Source: Microthyrium microscopicum (taxonomy: Eukaryota). Taken from it: a DNA stretch of 64,000 nucleotides. The notes beneath the pieces are model-generated. The model had not been told where the DNA came from. It did not search any database and saw only the letters and a program-made list of their open reading frames with translations. The DNA lies in assembly GCA_010405405.1 (NCBI GenBank), contig MU004231.1:2970401-3034400 (forward strand). Direction: 5' to 3'. Each line of letters starts with the position of its first letter. Position 1 is the stretch's first letter. Both the position numbers and the translations under genes were made by a program. Positions 38,642-52,518 of the stretch are shown here, piece after piece.

Positions 38642-40525
38642 ATGAAGCGAAAATTGAATAGCAACAATGAGCCCGAGGCCACGGCTACCTCTTCGAAAAA
38701 GACCAGCCCCACCAGCTTCGACAAGCTCAATCTCGCGCCTCCGCTCCTCCAAGCAATCATAGCCCAAAAGTTCTCGACGCCTACTCCTGTCCAAGCGCAA
38801 GTAATACCCGCCGCCCTCGCCGGCAAGAACATTCTCGCGCGCTCAAAGACCGGCTCGGGAAAAACCGCTGCCTATGTACTCCCTGTGCTTCAAGCAATCC
38901 TGAGCCGCAAAGCTGCCGCATCATCCTCCAGCGACACCAAGGCTGTATCCGCTCTAATACTTGTACCAACACGGGAATTAGCTGTTCAGGTATCCAAGGT
39001 TGTTGAAGCCTTTGCCGTATACTGTGCTCAGGATGTGCGGGTTGAGAATCTGACTCGCAAGGAAGATGACAAGGTGCAACGTGCAAGACTTGCTGCATTA
39101 CCAGACATTGTGGTCGCTACACCGGGCCGAGTGGCTGTACATATCAACTCGTCCAGTCTCAAGTTAGATAATTTGACCCATGTGGTCGTGGACGAAGCGG
39201 ATCTGGTGCTGAGCTATGGGTACGATGAGGATCTGCAAATGATTGCCAAAGTCATGCCGAAAAGTGTTCAAGCCATTTTGATGAGTGCTACGCTTCGTGC
39301 GGAGGTGGACACTTTGTCGACACTGTTTGCTCAGGATCCGGTGGTGATTGAATTGGACGATGAAGAGAAGGAAGATGGCAAGGTCAGCCAGTTCGTCGTC
39401 AAATGTGCGGAAGACGAGAAGTTCCTGTTGGTTTATGCTATCTTCGTTCTCAAGTTGGTCAAAGGAAAGACCATCATCTTCGTTGGCGATATTGATCGAT
39501 GTTACCGACTCAAGCTGTTCTTAGAGCAGTTTGCTATCAAGAGCTGTGTGCTGAACTCGGAACTCCCTGTCAATTCTCGGATACATGTTGTTGAAGAGTT
39601 CAACAAAAACGTTTACGACATCATCATTGCTACTGACGAAAACGAAATCATCGGCGAAGAGAACACAAAGTCGACTGCCACGAAAAAGAAGAGCGCACCC
39701 AAGAAAGATGATGGAAAATCTACCAAGGAGCTTGCCGAAGGTGAAAACGAGGAAGAGGTAGTCGACGAATCACAAGAGATCGCCAATGGACCACCGAAAA
39801 AGAAACAAAAGTCAGCGAAAGGCAAATCAAAGGCAAAGACTGACAAGGACTACGGTGTCGCTCGTGGCATCGACTTTAAGGCTGTTGCCTGCATCCTCAA
39901 CTTCGACCTCCCCACAACCTCCAAATCATATACCCATCGCATTGGACGTACTGCCCGAGCAGGTCAGGCTGGTATGGCGCTCTCTTTCGTTATTCCCGCC
40001 AACCAGTACCGCAAGCACAAGCCTACGTCCATCTCGTCGACAGAACATGATGAGGCTGTGCTAACCAAGATCACTACCGCCCAGGAGAAACGCGGTGCTA
40101 GTATCGAGCCATATGCCTTTGACATGGCCAAATTGGAAGGGTTCCGCTACCGGTTGGGCGATGCGTTAAAGGCAGTTTCAGCTGGTGCTGTCCGTGAGGC
40201 ACGAGTTAGGGAGCTGAGGCAGGAGTTGGTCAAGAGCGACAAATTGAAGCGACATTTCGAGGAGAATCCGAACGAGTTGAAGCACTTGCGACATGATGGT
40301 GAGCTTAGAGCTGCCAAGGTACGACCACATTTGAAACATGTGCCCGAGTATCTGTTACCGGGTGGAGCCAAGAAAGCATTGGAGCAGGAGGTTGGATTTG
40401 TGAGTGCTTACAAGAAGCCAGAAGATAAGAAGAAACGTGGCAAGGGAGGTAGAAGAGTCGGCGGCGGAGGAAAGAGAAAGGTCAATCCGCTGCAAAGCTT
40501 CAAGGCGAAATCGGGGCGACGATAA
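38642..40525 (+). CDS. DBP9: Nucleolar DEAD-box RNA helicase (DDX56 orthologue)
   Basis: [65 protein letters not shown]; intronless. Confidence 0.96.
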   Translation: MKRKLNSNNEPEATATSSKKTSPTSFDKLNLAPPLLQAIIAQKFSTPTPVQAQVIPAALAGKNILARSKTGSGKTAAYVLPVLQAILSRKAAASSSSDTKAVSALILVPTRELAVQVSKVVEAFAVYCAQDVRVENLTRKEDDKVQRARLAALPDIVVATPGRVAVHINSSSLKLDNLTHVVVDEADLVLSYGYDEDLQMIAKVMPKSVQAILMSATLRAEVDTLSTLFAQDPVVIELDDEEKEDGKVSQFVVKCAEDEKFLLVYAIFVLKLVKGKTIIFVGDIDRCYRLKLFLEQFAIKSCVLNSELPVNSRIHVVEEFNKNVYDIIIATDENEIIGEENTKSTATKKKSAPKKDDGKSTKELAEGENEEEVVDESQEIANGPPKKKQKSAKGKSKAKTDKDYGVARGIDFKAVACILNFDLPTTSKSYTHRIGRTARAGQAGMALSFVIPANQYRKHKPTSISSTEHDEAVLTKITTAQEKRGASIEPYAFDMAKLEGFRYRLGDALKAVSAGAVREARVRELRQELVKSDKLKRHFEENPNELKHLRHDGELRAAKVRPHLKHVPEYLLPGGAKKALEQEVGFVSAYKKPEDKKKRGKGGRRVGGGGKRKVNPLQSFKAKSGRR

Positions 40526-40764
40526 ATGATGAACAACATAGGGCATAGAACCGTCGAAATGATACGTGCTGTTGTTCCATGAATCTTGAATTTGAGATCT
40601 TCTCCATAGCATATGCCATTTTAGCTTCTGATCATTGACAAATTGCTAGTACAGAAACGCTTGTATGTCTAACACATTAAAGGATCATTCCGATGCCCAC
40701 CCAACCAAGGATGAATTGCATCGCCACTCAACGCCTGTCCACACTCAGCATCAATAACCTCGAC

Positions 40765-41595
40765 CTACAGCCCTTTGGCACCCGGAGCAGCCTCATCCTT
40801 ACGCAGGCTCAACAGGAGCTCTCTGAATCGCTCCTTTCCACTACTCGCCGCACCACCCTTGATGCCCTTGCCGCTCAAGTCAACCAGTTTAGCAATCCGA
40901 TCCCAACTCGTACCACCCGCCGTTGTATCGTCCCTGCTCTCCAAAAACTCTGCCGCCTCCTTCTGCGTCTGCGCAATATTCTTCTCCTTCTTCTCATTAT
41001 AGCTCAGATAAAAGTCATCGATTGCCTGATGCGCCTCAGCCACCGTCGCAGCCTTCTTGTCCTCGCTGATCTTGTCGCGCTGCGAGATTGCGGCGTCGCG
41101 GTTGGAGCGCCATTCTTGAATTACGGCGGGCTCTTCGACTGGCTCGGCGGGAGGTGCGTAGGAGGAATTGAAGCCTGAGACGTTGGTGATGCTGCCGCCT
41201 GGACCGACATTCTAGGTATGGTTAGTTAAAGTTTGTGTTCAGTGGATGAGAGTAATGGACCTGATTGCTTGTGTCGAGTTCGGGGAAGGAGCTTTCAAAA
41301 CCGGCCATCTCTTCACTTGCACCGGCATCGTAGCTGTCGCCGCCGCCTAGGAGGTCGTGTTCGTCGGCGTCTTCGACGGTGGTTACTTTGCGGTCGTTGG
41401 GAGTGGAGAAGAGGTCGGCGTCATCGCCTAGGAGTTCGCGCTCGCGGTCTAGGAAGCTTCCTCCCTCAGTAGCTTCAGGCTTGACATCGGTTTGGCCTGT
41501 TGGTAGTCGATGTTAGCAATTAAAGGAGGACCTGGCGGGATCGGGGTTTGTATACCAGCGTCAAACTCGTCGAGGGATGGAAAACGGTCGGCCAT
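40765..41595 (-). CDS. CLC1: Clathrin light chain
   Basis: MADRFPSLDEFDAG, FLDRERELLGDDADLF, EEPAVIQEWR, GGTSWDRIAKLVD, RFRELLLSL; two introns. Confidence 0.93.
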
Positions 41596-42091
41596 GGTGG
41601 ATTGTATTCAATGGTGTGTTTGATCAGGACGAAGATAGCGAGAGGTTATATGGTGGATAGAGAGAGAGAGATTGATGTAGGGGTGAAAGTACTGTCTTGT
41701 TGAATTGTTCAACAATTGAATTACATTGAGGATTGAAGTTCAAAAAGTGGTTGAGCCCTAGACCTGAATGGCAGCTTCCGATCTTTACCAGCTCTTGGCG
41801 TCTGCAGGTGGAGCTAGATTTGACGCTAGTGGTTACACTTTGTTGCGCCTTCTTCATTTCCAAAGGTTGTGCTTCATGCTTGCTTCACCACCAACATCAT
41901 CTCAAGACAAACATATAGCCCGCACTGCCATCTTGTTCAGCTTACGCTCACCGAAACATCTGCCCCATCGCTTTGCCTGATCTGACTTCTCTGCTGTGAC
42001 TTGTGCGCTCTGTATAAGCCTTTGGCAGTTTGAACAGCACCATTTCGCGCACCCTACATGCTATATACTTGATCTGCCTACCTCGTGCCAT

Positions 42092-43421
42092 ATGGCTTCC
42101 TTTTCCGATGATAGTGTTAAAGCCAAGCTGAGCACGCTGAATGAGACTCAAGATGCCATCGTTAGTGTCGCTCAATGGCTTCTCTTTCACAAGTACGCTT
42201 TCGTCCAGCCTGATATGGAAGGAGACCATGAACTGACCACCTTTTAGGAGACATGCAGTCCGAACAGCAGAATTATGGATGGCGAAGTTGAACGATTCTT
42301 CCCCTACGAGACGTTTAAGCCTTATATATCTGGCCAATGGTACGCTCCACGAATTACGCTGCTTCAAGGTTACATACTAATTTACCTACAGAGGTCGTCC
42401 AACAATCTAAAGCTCGCAAAAAGGAGGACTTTGCGATTGCCTTCTCTCCAGTATGTCCATATACAAGAAACATTGCCTATGCTAACAACAACAGATTGTC
42501 GCCGAAGGCACCGCTATCGCATATAAGAATTCGCCTCTAGACATCCAAGGCAAGATCCGTCGAGTTGTCGAAGTCTGGCGCCAACGAGCCATCTTCGAAG
42601 AAAAGACCCAAGTCGAAGTCGAAGCCAAGCTCGACGGTACGCAACCTCTCTTCCATATTACATAGATCTGCTAACAACCCCAAGAACTCGACCGTATCCG
42701 CGCCACAACCCGAGGAGGTCGAGGCGGCGGCTCAATCTTTGGCTCTTCCGAACCCTCCATCCCCACGATCTTCCAACCCATCCTCGCTGCCAATAACGCC
42801 CTCACAAAAGCCGAATCAAAGGCCAAAACAATCGTCGCCACCCTCCAATCAAACCACGACGATGTGCGCAACAACACCTCCACCGTCCTCCCCATCAAAG
42901 CCGCCCAACTCGGCGCTCTCCTACAAACACTTAGCGAAGCAGAATCATCTGTCGCAGAAAGCTTGCACGCGCGCCAGAACCTACTCGCCAGTCTAGAAAA
43001 ACTCGTATCTACCACCAAATCCGCCATCACCGCAGACGAAGAACAAGCACGCAATCTGCAAGTCCAGCGCAAAAGCCTCGAAGACGAAAAACGCAACGTA
43101 GAAGACCGCATCGTCCGCGGCATATCCAACGGCGACGAGTCTGCATACGAGCCTCCTCGTCCGGACGCCGAGCCACTCACGCCACCACCCGTAGAAAGTC
43201 TAACTCCCGTCGGCAGTCCGCAGCCAGCAGAAGATTTCGTTCCAGCGCCAGCAGATCCGCGCCTAGCAAATGGCGCGAAGCACGGCCACGAGTCGAATGG
43301 CGCGGAAGACCAACCAGCGAGCAAGAAACGACGGGTCCAGGTATCGCATGAGTTTGCAGGTTTTCAGGACGATGATGGTGGTATTGATCCTGATGTCGCT
43401 GCGATGTTGGCAGAGGATTAG
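42092..43421 (+). CDS. RTT103: CID-domain RNA polymerase II termination factor (Rtt103/RPRD1)
   Basis: AKLSTLNETQDAIVSVAQWLLFH, LIYLANEVVQQSK, RVVEVWRQRAIF; introns 42193-42247, 42340-42391, 42451-42494, 42637-42684; first stop TAG 43419-43421, possible extension to 43676. Confidence 0.9.
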
Positions 43422-43604
43422 GAAGTCACCGTGAAAGCATTTTACTGTCGTTGGGTTGGGGTGGAGAGACTGTTGTTTCATGGCTTTGACTTGAGTGGGC
43501 TGGTCTTTGATGCGGTCGGGTTTGATGCTGATGTTGCGGCTTTGCTGGCTGATAAATGGGAGGTTGCTGTCAAGGCATTTTATTGGCGGTGGGTTGGTGT
43601 CGAG
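43380..43604 (+). repeat. Two 87-nt codon-aligned repeat copies (43380-43466 and 43518-43604) spanning the RTT103 stop codon
   Basis: GIDPDVAAMLAED*EVTVKAFYCRWVGVE vs GFDADVAALLADKWEVAVKAFYWRWVGVE, ungapped, same frame. Confidence 0.93.
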
Positions 43605-43911
43605 GCTGTTCAGGTTGTGAGGAAATGGAAAGACGGCGGGAATGATACCAGTGAGATAAGCTTGGGAGTCGGATAGCTGGATGATAGTGTTGATAAAAAA
43701 AGTACAGCAGATGGACGTTGTTTATGATACCGGGTCATGGTCATTATTTATTTTATTCAATAACACAGTTATTTTCATGACTTCCGTTCAATGTCAGATT
43801 GCAAGCTGCATCAAAAGATGTATTCTAGGAGTTTAAAGTACGTATTCTATCTGTTCAAATGCCAGGGTATCTTAATACTCCCCGTAACGCCGAGTCCAAG
43901 ACCATAATAAG

Positions 43912-45237
43912 CTAAACCAGAGCTCGCAAAAAGAACCAGCTGGCCAATCCTCCGACGACGCTTCCAACGAGTATCGTCTGTCCTTCCCTCGTCGTCGCTA
44001 GGAACATCACCACACCCACCACTAGTTCTCTCCTGGCCGCCCATGCCCGCTCCTCCGCAAAACGTGGATTCAATGGATATGGCGCCTCAAGCACATCCTT
44101 CCCCCCAGCCGATACACTGACCGCCAAAGCAACCGGCCGGTGGTCTGAGGTCGCTTGGATCGGCAGCGCATTGTAAGTATGTACTTGCACACTTCGTGCC
44201 TGTGTGTACAGAATACGATCACACCAGCTGGGGAAGCGATGCGTTGCCCAGAACCAGTGGCCGTCAGGATCATCGGTTGACGCGGTGGTAATGGGGCCGA
44301 CGGCGCTGTGAGCGTATTTGTAGGTCGGTGCAAAGGTGATGGCCTGTTCCGCGAAAGACTGGAGAACAACTCCGTCGGAGCGTTGCTGCATAAGTTGGTC
44401 GCGGGCTAGAAGCTTGCTTAGGTGGTGAGGTGAGTTGGTATCGTTGGTAGGCTGTGGGAAGTTCTCGATGTCTCCCGGCATAGGACGTGACGACGAGGTG
44501 CGGTAGTTGAGATCACCGCCGAAGAATATAGGACCTGCGGTATCGTAGAGCCCTTTAGGCTTCGAGCTCCGTGACATGGGTTTCATGGTATTTAGGAGGG
44601 CGGTTGTATCATCATCGTCCTCGTTCTCATTGCTGGCTGGATCCGCATTACCAGCTCCCCCCAAAGTCGTGTCATACACAAATCCCAGATTCCTCACTAT
44701 CCGCTCCCAATCTTCCCTCCTTCGCTCGATCGCAAACTCATGCGGCGCTAAATGCGCTGCCACCAGCGTGACTTCTTCAATTCCTCTGTCCATCTTCACA
44801 CCCAGCCGAGCGCCAACTGCACCTTTATTCCCCGTCTGCCATACTCCACAGCCTGCGCCGGCCGTCTGTACCCATGCAACATCCACACCCGCACGTATAA
44901 ACACCATTAGACCCGTCATTCCCACATGACGAGCCAAGAGCAGCGAATACTCATCCGCTTCCACAGGCGTCTGATGAGCGCGAAGTCTTCCTTCCGTAGC
45001 GAGCGCTACACATTGCGTGAAAGCGTCAAAGTAGGGCGTAAGCAGTGCACGGCCGAGGAATGCGGGCGCAAGAGGTGCTATTTCTTGGATGGAGATTGCG
45101 ATGATAGCAGGTAGCAGGGTGGTGGAGGGAAGGGCGGAGAAGAAATCGCTGGCGAGAATGGAGGGGTCGATGGGAGTACGGGCGGTGTTGAAGGTTAGGT
45201 AGTAGATGTCGAGGGGAGCGGAAGATGGAGTGGCCAT
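43912..45237 (-). CDS. Inositol polyphosphate 5-phosphatase with C-terminal hydrophobic tail (Inp54-like)
   Basis: LTFN, IQE, GNKGAVG, VAAHLA, FGGDLNYR, FAPTYKY, PSWCDRIL, SDHRPV; likely ATG 45237. Confidence 0.92.
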   Translation of the reverse strand: MATPSSAPLDIYYLTFNTARTPIDPSILASDFFSALPSTTLLPAIIAISIQEIAPLAPAFLGRALLTPYFDAFTQCVALATEGRLRAHQTPVEADEYSLLLARHVGMTGLMVFIRAGVDVAWVQTAGAGCGVWQTGNKGAVGARLGVKMDRGIEEVTLVAAHLAPHEFAIERRREDWERIVRNLGFVYDTTLGGAGNADPASNENEDDDDTTALLNTMKPMSRSSKPKGLYDTAGPIFFGGDLNYRTSSSRPMPGDIENFPQPTNDTNSPHHLSKLLARDQLMQQRSDGVVLQSFAEQAITFAPTYKYAHSAVGPITTASTDDPDGHWFWATHRFPSWCDRILYTQARSVQVHTYNALPIQATSDHRPVALAVSVSAGGKDVLEAPYPLNPRFAEERAWAARRELVVGVVMFLATTREGQTILVGSVVGGLASWFFLRALV

Positions 45238-45512
45238 TGCTGGACAGTGGGAGATGCGTCGAGATGGGAGTGGTGGTGATGTATACGGGTTGGAGGGAGT
45301 GATATTTGGATTGGTTGAAGACGTCAGGGGAGAGCTTGGAGATCTGCACTCCGGCGTCATTGGCGATGGGTGGGGTTAAATCGTTAAATCGGGATCAGAG
45401 TACATTTACTCCAAGTAAGCTTTGGAAGAGACAATTCTAGCATTTGACTCGATTTGAGTGGATTTGTATATCTATATTTGCAATTTACTGATCATTCATA
45501 CCATAATTGAGA

Positions 45513-46664
<1,152 letters not shown>

Positions 46665-46997
46665 AAGGGAAGTGATGAGTGATGAGGATCTTGATCAGAG
46701 ATTATGTTAGTAGAAATGTGTTCACAGTCACGATGAAGATAAAGTAACAAGTTAATATCATGTCTCATTCGTAGAGTCTAATGACGGCCTCCGACTACTA
46801 GAGAACATGCAACAATGGTATTGTCCCCTGACAAAAAGTGACCGCAAACGCCTGCCCCATAATGGATGAGTTCAACCCATCTCTAGTAATGTCAGAGAGA
46901 GCAACCCCAAAGGTGTACAACAATAAGTCCCATTCATCTCGCCGTCAATAACATAAGCAAAAGGTCGTTTTCCAATGGTAAGCGAAGCATGGCAAGC

Positions 46998-47637
<640 letters not shown>

Positions 47638-48934
47638 TATGGAATTGATGAGAAGAAGTTGATTTGAGTGGGGTTTGAGAAGTTGTTGATGGAAAGTATT
47701 GAGAAATATGGGTGGTTGGAAGTGGTGTAAATGTGGTAGAAGAAGAAGATTTGGAGGAATGGGGGAGAGAAGAGTATTTAAGAGAATTGGGGCATGATGT
47801 TGATGGCGGGACGCACGCGCAGGAAAGAACAGTGAAAGTGCTAAGAGCCTAAGTAGTAGCAAGAGTTAAAGGGACGGGGTCGAAATCAGGCGCAGGTGCA
47901 GGCAACAGGCAGGTAAGACTGAATTGTAGGCGGGCACAAGAGAAATAATAATCGCTTTACAACCTGCTGGAAACTGGCACTTTTCAGACATCTTCTAACC
48001 CTGTGGCACGGACCTGAAATAACAGGAGGTTTAACCTTCCTTACTGGCGCCTAACTTAGTAGGGCCTAGCGTAGCCTTGTCTGGAGCCTCCTCTTACCTT
48101 ATTGGTTGTCTGCTCTTGCTCACCAACACCTCAACATTGGAAAGGTGAACATTAACATTTGTCGTCTTCTGAATAGTTTGTATGTAAACACACTAAATCT
48201 CGAAACAGCTTCCTCATGCTTCTTGTGCCTATAAAAGAACCGAAATCGATTCAAAAACAAAATACTACTCACGATCCTAATCTAAATGCATACAACTTGT
48301 TACTCTTTATATAATCGTATAACATCCCACTCTTTATGATGGACCTTATGGCTCGAAAGCCAGCAGTGAAAGGAATCTATAAATCAGAACTGTCACAGAA
48401 TGTTGGTCACGCGGATGGATGTACGGAGTAAACTTCCATGCTTCCCAAGGGTTTCGCCGTCGCATTACTCTTATAGGAGAGACATGATCTCCAAAAGCTT
48501 GCTCTGTCGAGAAAACCGTTACATAGCTAAGTGTTGCTAATTATCTCAAGGTAGCTATGTTGTTCATGAGCCTGAAAACTGATATTGGTCAAAAAGATCG
48601 AGAAGCTGCATAATAATTCTTTACCTGCGCTCCTGTGGACTATTCCATTGTTTGATGATGCCGATAAAGAAGAGCCACTAATGTCGCAAGAAGCACCAAG
48701 CTTTTTCTTTCGATCTCATAGTGCTGGATTATATCTGCGTATAAATGGCAGCAACGCATGGGCAAGGACGCTTGCAGGGTGAGGGGTCCAAGGGAGGGCG
48801 AGATGACATGAGTACTAGTATCTGGATGAGAGCGAGTGTGAACATCAGAGGTGATGGATGAGCACTAGGGCTATCGCTCATATAGATCATGTTTTAATTG
48901 CTAAAATTAGGTTATTCGATATCTCTCACAAATC

Positions 48935-51632
48935 TTACCAAGCCTTCGGCCCAAAGCCGCCACTTGGTACCTCTTTGTAAGGACAAGCCTTCCAGTCACA
49001 TCCCTAACAATATTAGTATTGATTCCTCAATCAACTAGAACAACTTACCTGCTTGTATACCTCCGTTCCCCACCAGCTAAACCCATCCGCAAAGCCTGGA
49101 TATACCAGCGCAAAGAAAATCACAAGCACCCCAACGGCTAGGCCACTATCAAGTGCAGCCGAGAGCGTCAAGTTATACTTCAACCACCAGTCAATATTGC
49201 CCCTCTTGATCCGGTAGTTAAATATGTAACAAAGCACGCCCCATACGCTAAAGTTGAGCGCAGTTGCTGGCGGGATCCAGCTGAGGCTGCCTAAAATAAG
49301 AGGGAAGTTGATCATGCTGACGATGCCACGTTGCATGCTCAGTCCGCGTCGTCTAGCGAATAGCCATACTGCGAGTGGGAGTAATGCGCCAAGTGGGAAT
49401 GCCCATATCAAAGAACGATATAGTTGGCCTCGACCGAAGAAGCGTTGCGGTCCAATGACGCCCCAGAGAATACTGCCGTTGAAGTGCACGCGGGCTAGTG
49501 GGCAGGTGAAGCCATTGGCAGCGAGGGGAGTGCAGATATTGGGAATATGGGAGAGCATCCAGTTGAGGACACCAACTTGGGTGAGCGAGGAGATGACAGT
49601 TGCGGCAAGTTGAAGTTTGAATAGGAGACGTGGTGGGATGGCCATGTAGACTTGGCCAAGTTTTAGGTCGGATGCGAATTTGAGGCCTTGGGTGGAGGTG
49701 ATGTAGGCGTAGGTGACGAAGACCATATTGGCGACGGGTTTGCCAGGGAACAGAGCGCCGCAGAGGAGTTGGGATATCAGGTAGAGAGAACTTTGCTGGT
49801 TGGTTATGGCTTGGATTATGCCAATTGGAACGAAGAGAACGGAGCAGAGACCAATGGCAAGAAGAAGTCCATACCATGGTAGATGGACATCGTAGTACTC
49901 GACTACAAATATTCCTACAGCTGTCATTGAGACGCCAGTCAAGATGTACCAGAGGATAGGGACATCTGGTTGGCTCTTTGTTCGTGGGCCTCGCAGCTCT
50001 TGATCTGTCATTGACCTCTCAACGTCGGGCCTGGCAGATCTGCTACGAGTAGATTGACGCGAGAGCATAGAGCTTCTAGAGGTCTGGTGAGACAGAACTC
50101 GAGATGTTTCGACCTTTGATTTGGTGTATATCATTTTAGCCTCACCCCAGGAAGCTTTGCACTGTTTCCAGGTGTCTGGTCCATACCAGCCAATAGTATG
50201 GACTACTAGAGCTGGCAGCGCTGCAAATTGTAGAGCATAGCTAAGAATGTAAGTTGTTGGCAGAAATACTCGACTGTAATCCTTGTATGCTTCTCCATCA
50301 AAGACGAAATTTGAAGTTAAGACTCGAGAAACGTTGTACATCTCACCTTTGTTGTCGAAAACAGCTGATGATAATATGGGCATGTACGATGAATATAGAG
50401 TATTAGAATAATCTAGATACATTAGCATAATCTTGTGGTCAGGATTGGGCGACTGACACAGTATTGGAGCAAGTATCCAGATGACAGCTGCGAGACCACA
50501 GATAACATTCATGGCAGCCCAGAACGGTACTATCAAGGGAGATCCAATGTAGGCGATTTGGGACCAGTCAAATGTCAATGGGAATAAACCTAAGCCAGAA
50601 GCTACACCGAACTGGAGTTTGTTAGTTGATCCTTATACAAGAAACTGTATGGACATACCAAATTCGCAACCACCACATTGTTGGGTGCAAACCAAGTAAG
50701 CACGCTGAAATAAGAGAGCGCTGGCATTAGAAACCCTGGAAGAAAATAAAAGGCCGATGATCCTAGGAAGACGTATAGGAAGAATCTGAAAGGTGAGATA
50801 GTCCAGTTGCCAGCCGGTTTATTCTCATTCTTGTGTAAACTGGAGAGCATAGCTTTTGCCACGAGAGTTCCAGGCCATACCATTCCAGCCGGTCTAACTA
50901 AGAATGATCTTGTCATGCCTGCAATGGCATATCCAAGGATTTGTGTTGACAAAGTGAGCAATAGTTGATAAATGAGAGTGACATCTTGTCCATAAAATTT
51001 GGTTTGCTCCACGATAACCTAGCAAGATTAGTCTCTGGACTCTTTGGAATAAAAGAAGTAGAGTAGATTCCTACATCTGTCGCGAAAGCAAAACCAAAAG
51101 AAACATTGCTCGCTATGAAAACACAACAATGCTCTTGCTCATTCCAAGTTCCCTGAGACAACCACAGTCTGAGTCTAGTCCACCTTGAAGCGTAAGTTGG
51201 GTCCGAATGCCGTGGGAAATGGCCATTAGTGCTGGCTGGACTGATCAGAGGAGAACTCTCATCAATGACTTGCGAGTCCAGGGAATCTACTCGTGTTGGC
51301 AAACGCGATGGGAATCTGTTCGATGTTTTGAATACTTGATCCCATAATAGGCCAAGAGGATGCGCAAGCAGCAATGCAATAATCGGAGAAATGCTGACGC
51401 TAGGGTATCTCAAAGAGAAGAATAGATTTATTGAAGATCCAAAAATAGCAAATAGCATGGACAGAATCCACATTCGCGGAGTGTTAAGATTGCGTATGAT
51501 GTCCATGGCCGCGTCGTCGTTGTCATTGCCGTCCACATCATTTATGACTGGCTCAACGCCTTCATGAGAGGAAGCGTGATCCAGCTCCAGAGCAAAATCC
51601 AGCAGTCCATCTTCACTAAGACGTCTAGTCAT
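48935..51632 (-). CDS. OPT-family oligopeptide transporter
   Basis: NTPRMWILS, NLFFSLRYPSV, LTLSTQILGY, MVWPGTL, FDWSQI, FASDLKLG, CTP...FTCP, SAALDSG; four introns; ends FGPKAW*. Confidence 0.93.
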
Positions 51633-52518
51633 AGTGTTCAGGGAGGGAAAACATGCAAAATAGCTGGCGGCATGAATGGAGGCTCGTAGGTAGTAGACAA
51701 GATGTTAGTGGTCCGGTTGCATTGTGTGACTGGACAAGACCCGCCCGCAGGTACTCTAGAGTACGCCCGGTTGTCCCCTCGTCTCTAGGCCGCAGGATTC
51801 GACTTTCGCTGCAGATTCGAAATGAACCTTCTCAGCGTGTGACTAAATCTGTCGTGCTCGTAAAGACAGGCAAGTTAAATGACGTGCATAAGAGTCTCAA
51901 GGGTTGAGTCCACTTTGGTCGCAACTTGCGCCGCGGGATCTACTCTAGGCGAACTCGGAGGCAAAGGTAGTTCAGGGGAAGAACAAGGCAATATGGTTGC
52001 TTGGCGAAGTATAGGTCACAATTCCGAAGCGTGCGCTGAGTAAATGGTAATTTTAGAGGGGTTTGCGGAAGAGTATAAGCAGAACCTTGACAGGTGAGAT
52101 CGTGCGATGTGAGTTGGAACAACATTAGGCGGGTTGGGCGGGTTGATGCTCAAGATGCTGTCCACGCGCCCCGAACCAGAGGCTCGGGAGGCCGGGACCG
52201 CCGCTAGTCCAGGATGGATCTTGCATATTTTAATGCCGTTTGAGCTTAAAGTTCAACTTTGGTTCGAATATCAAGATCTGATAACGATTGATAAGTAAGG
52301 TTCATATTCATAACTTGAATATGACTCGCACGCCTTGCTCTATCTGCTCCGTTGTTGGCTGAACCGTGAGACTACACGGGTATGTTTCCCATCTACCCCG
52401 CTGTCTCCTATCGCACTCGCTAATTACCTACACATGTGATGGGGAATGGTACAATTGATAAGGAAACAGCATTGTTGATGGAAGTAAAGCCTTCGCTGGG
52501 TAGATATTATTTTACAGC

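Noticed and set aside
11149..40525. 60S biogenesis cluster (RPL13, DRS1, DBP9)
   Set aside because: Separated by many unrelated genes; compatible with chance.
52230..52280. tRNA suggested by GGTTCGAAT
   Set aside because: No cloverleaf stems or A box.
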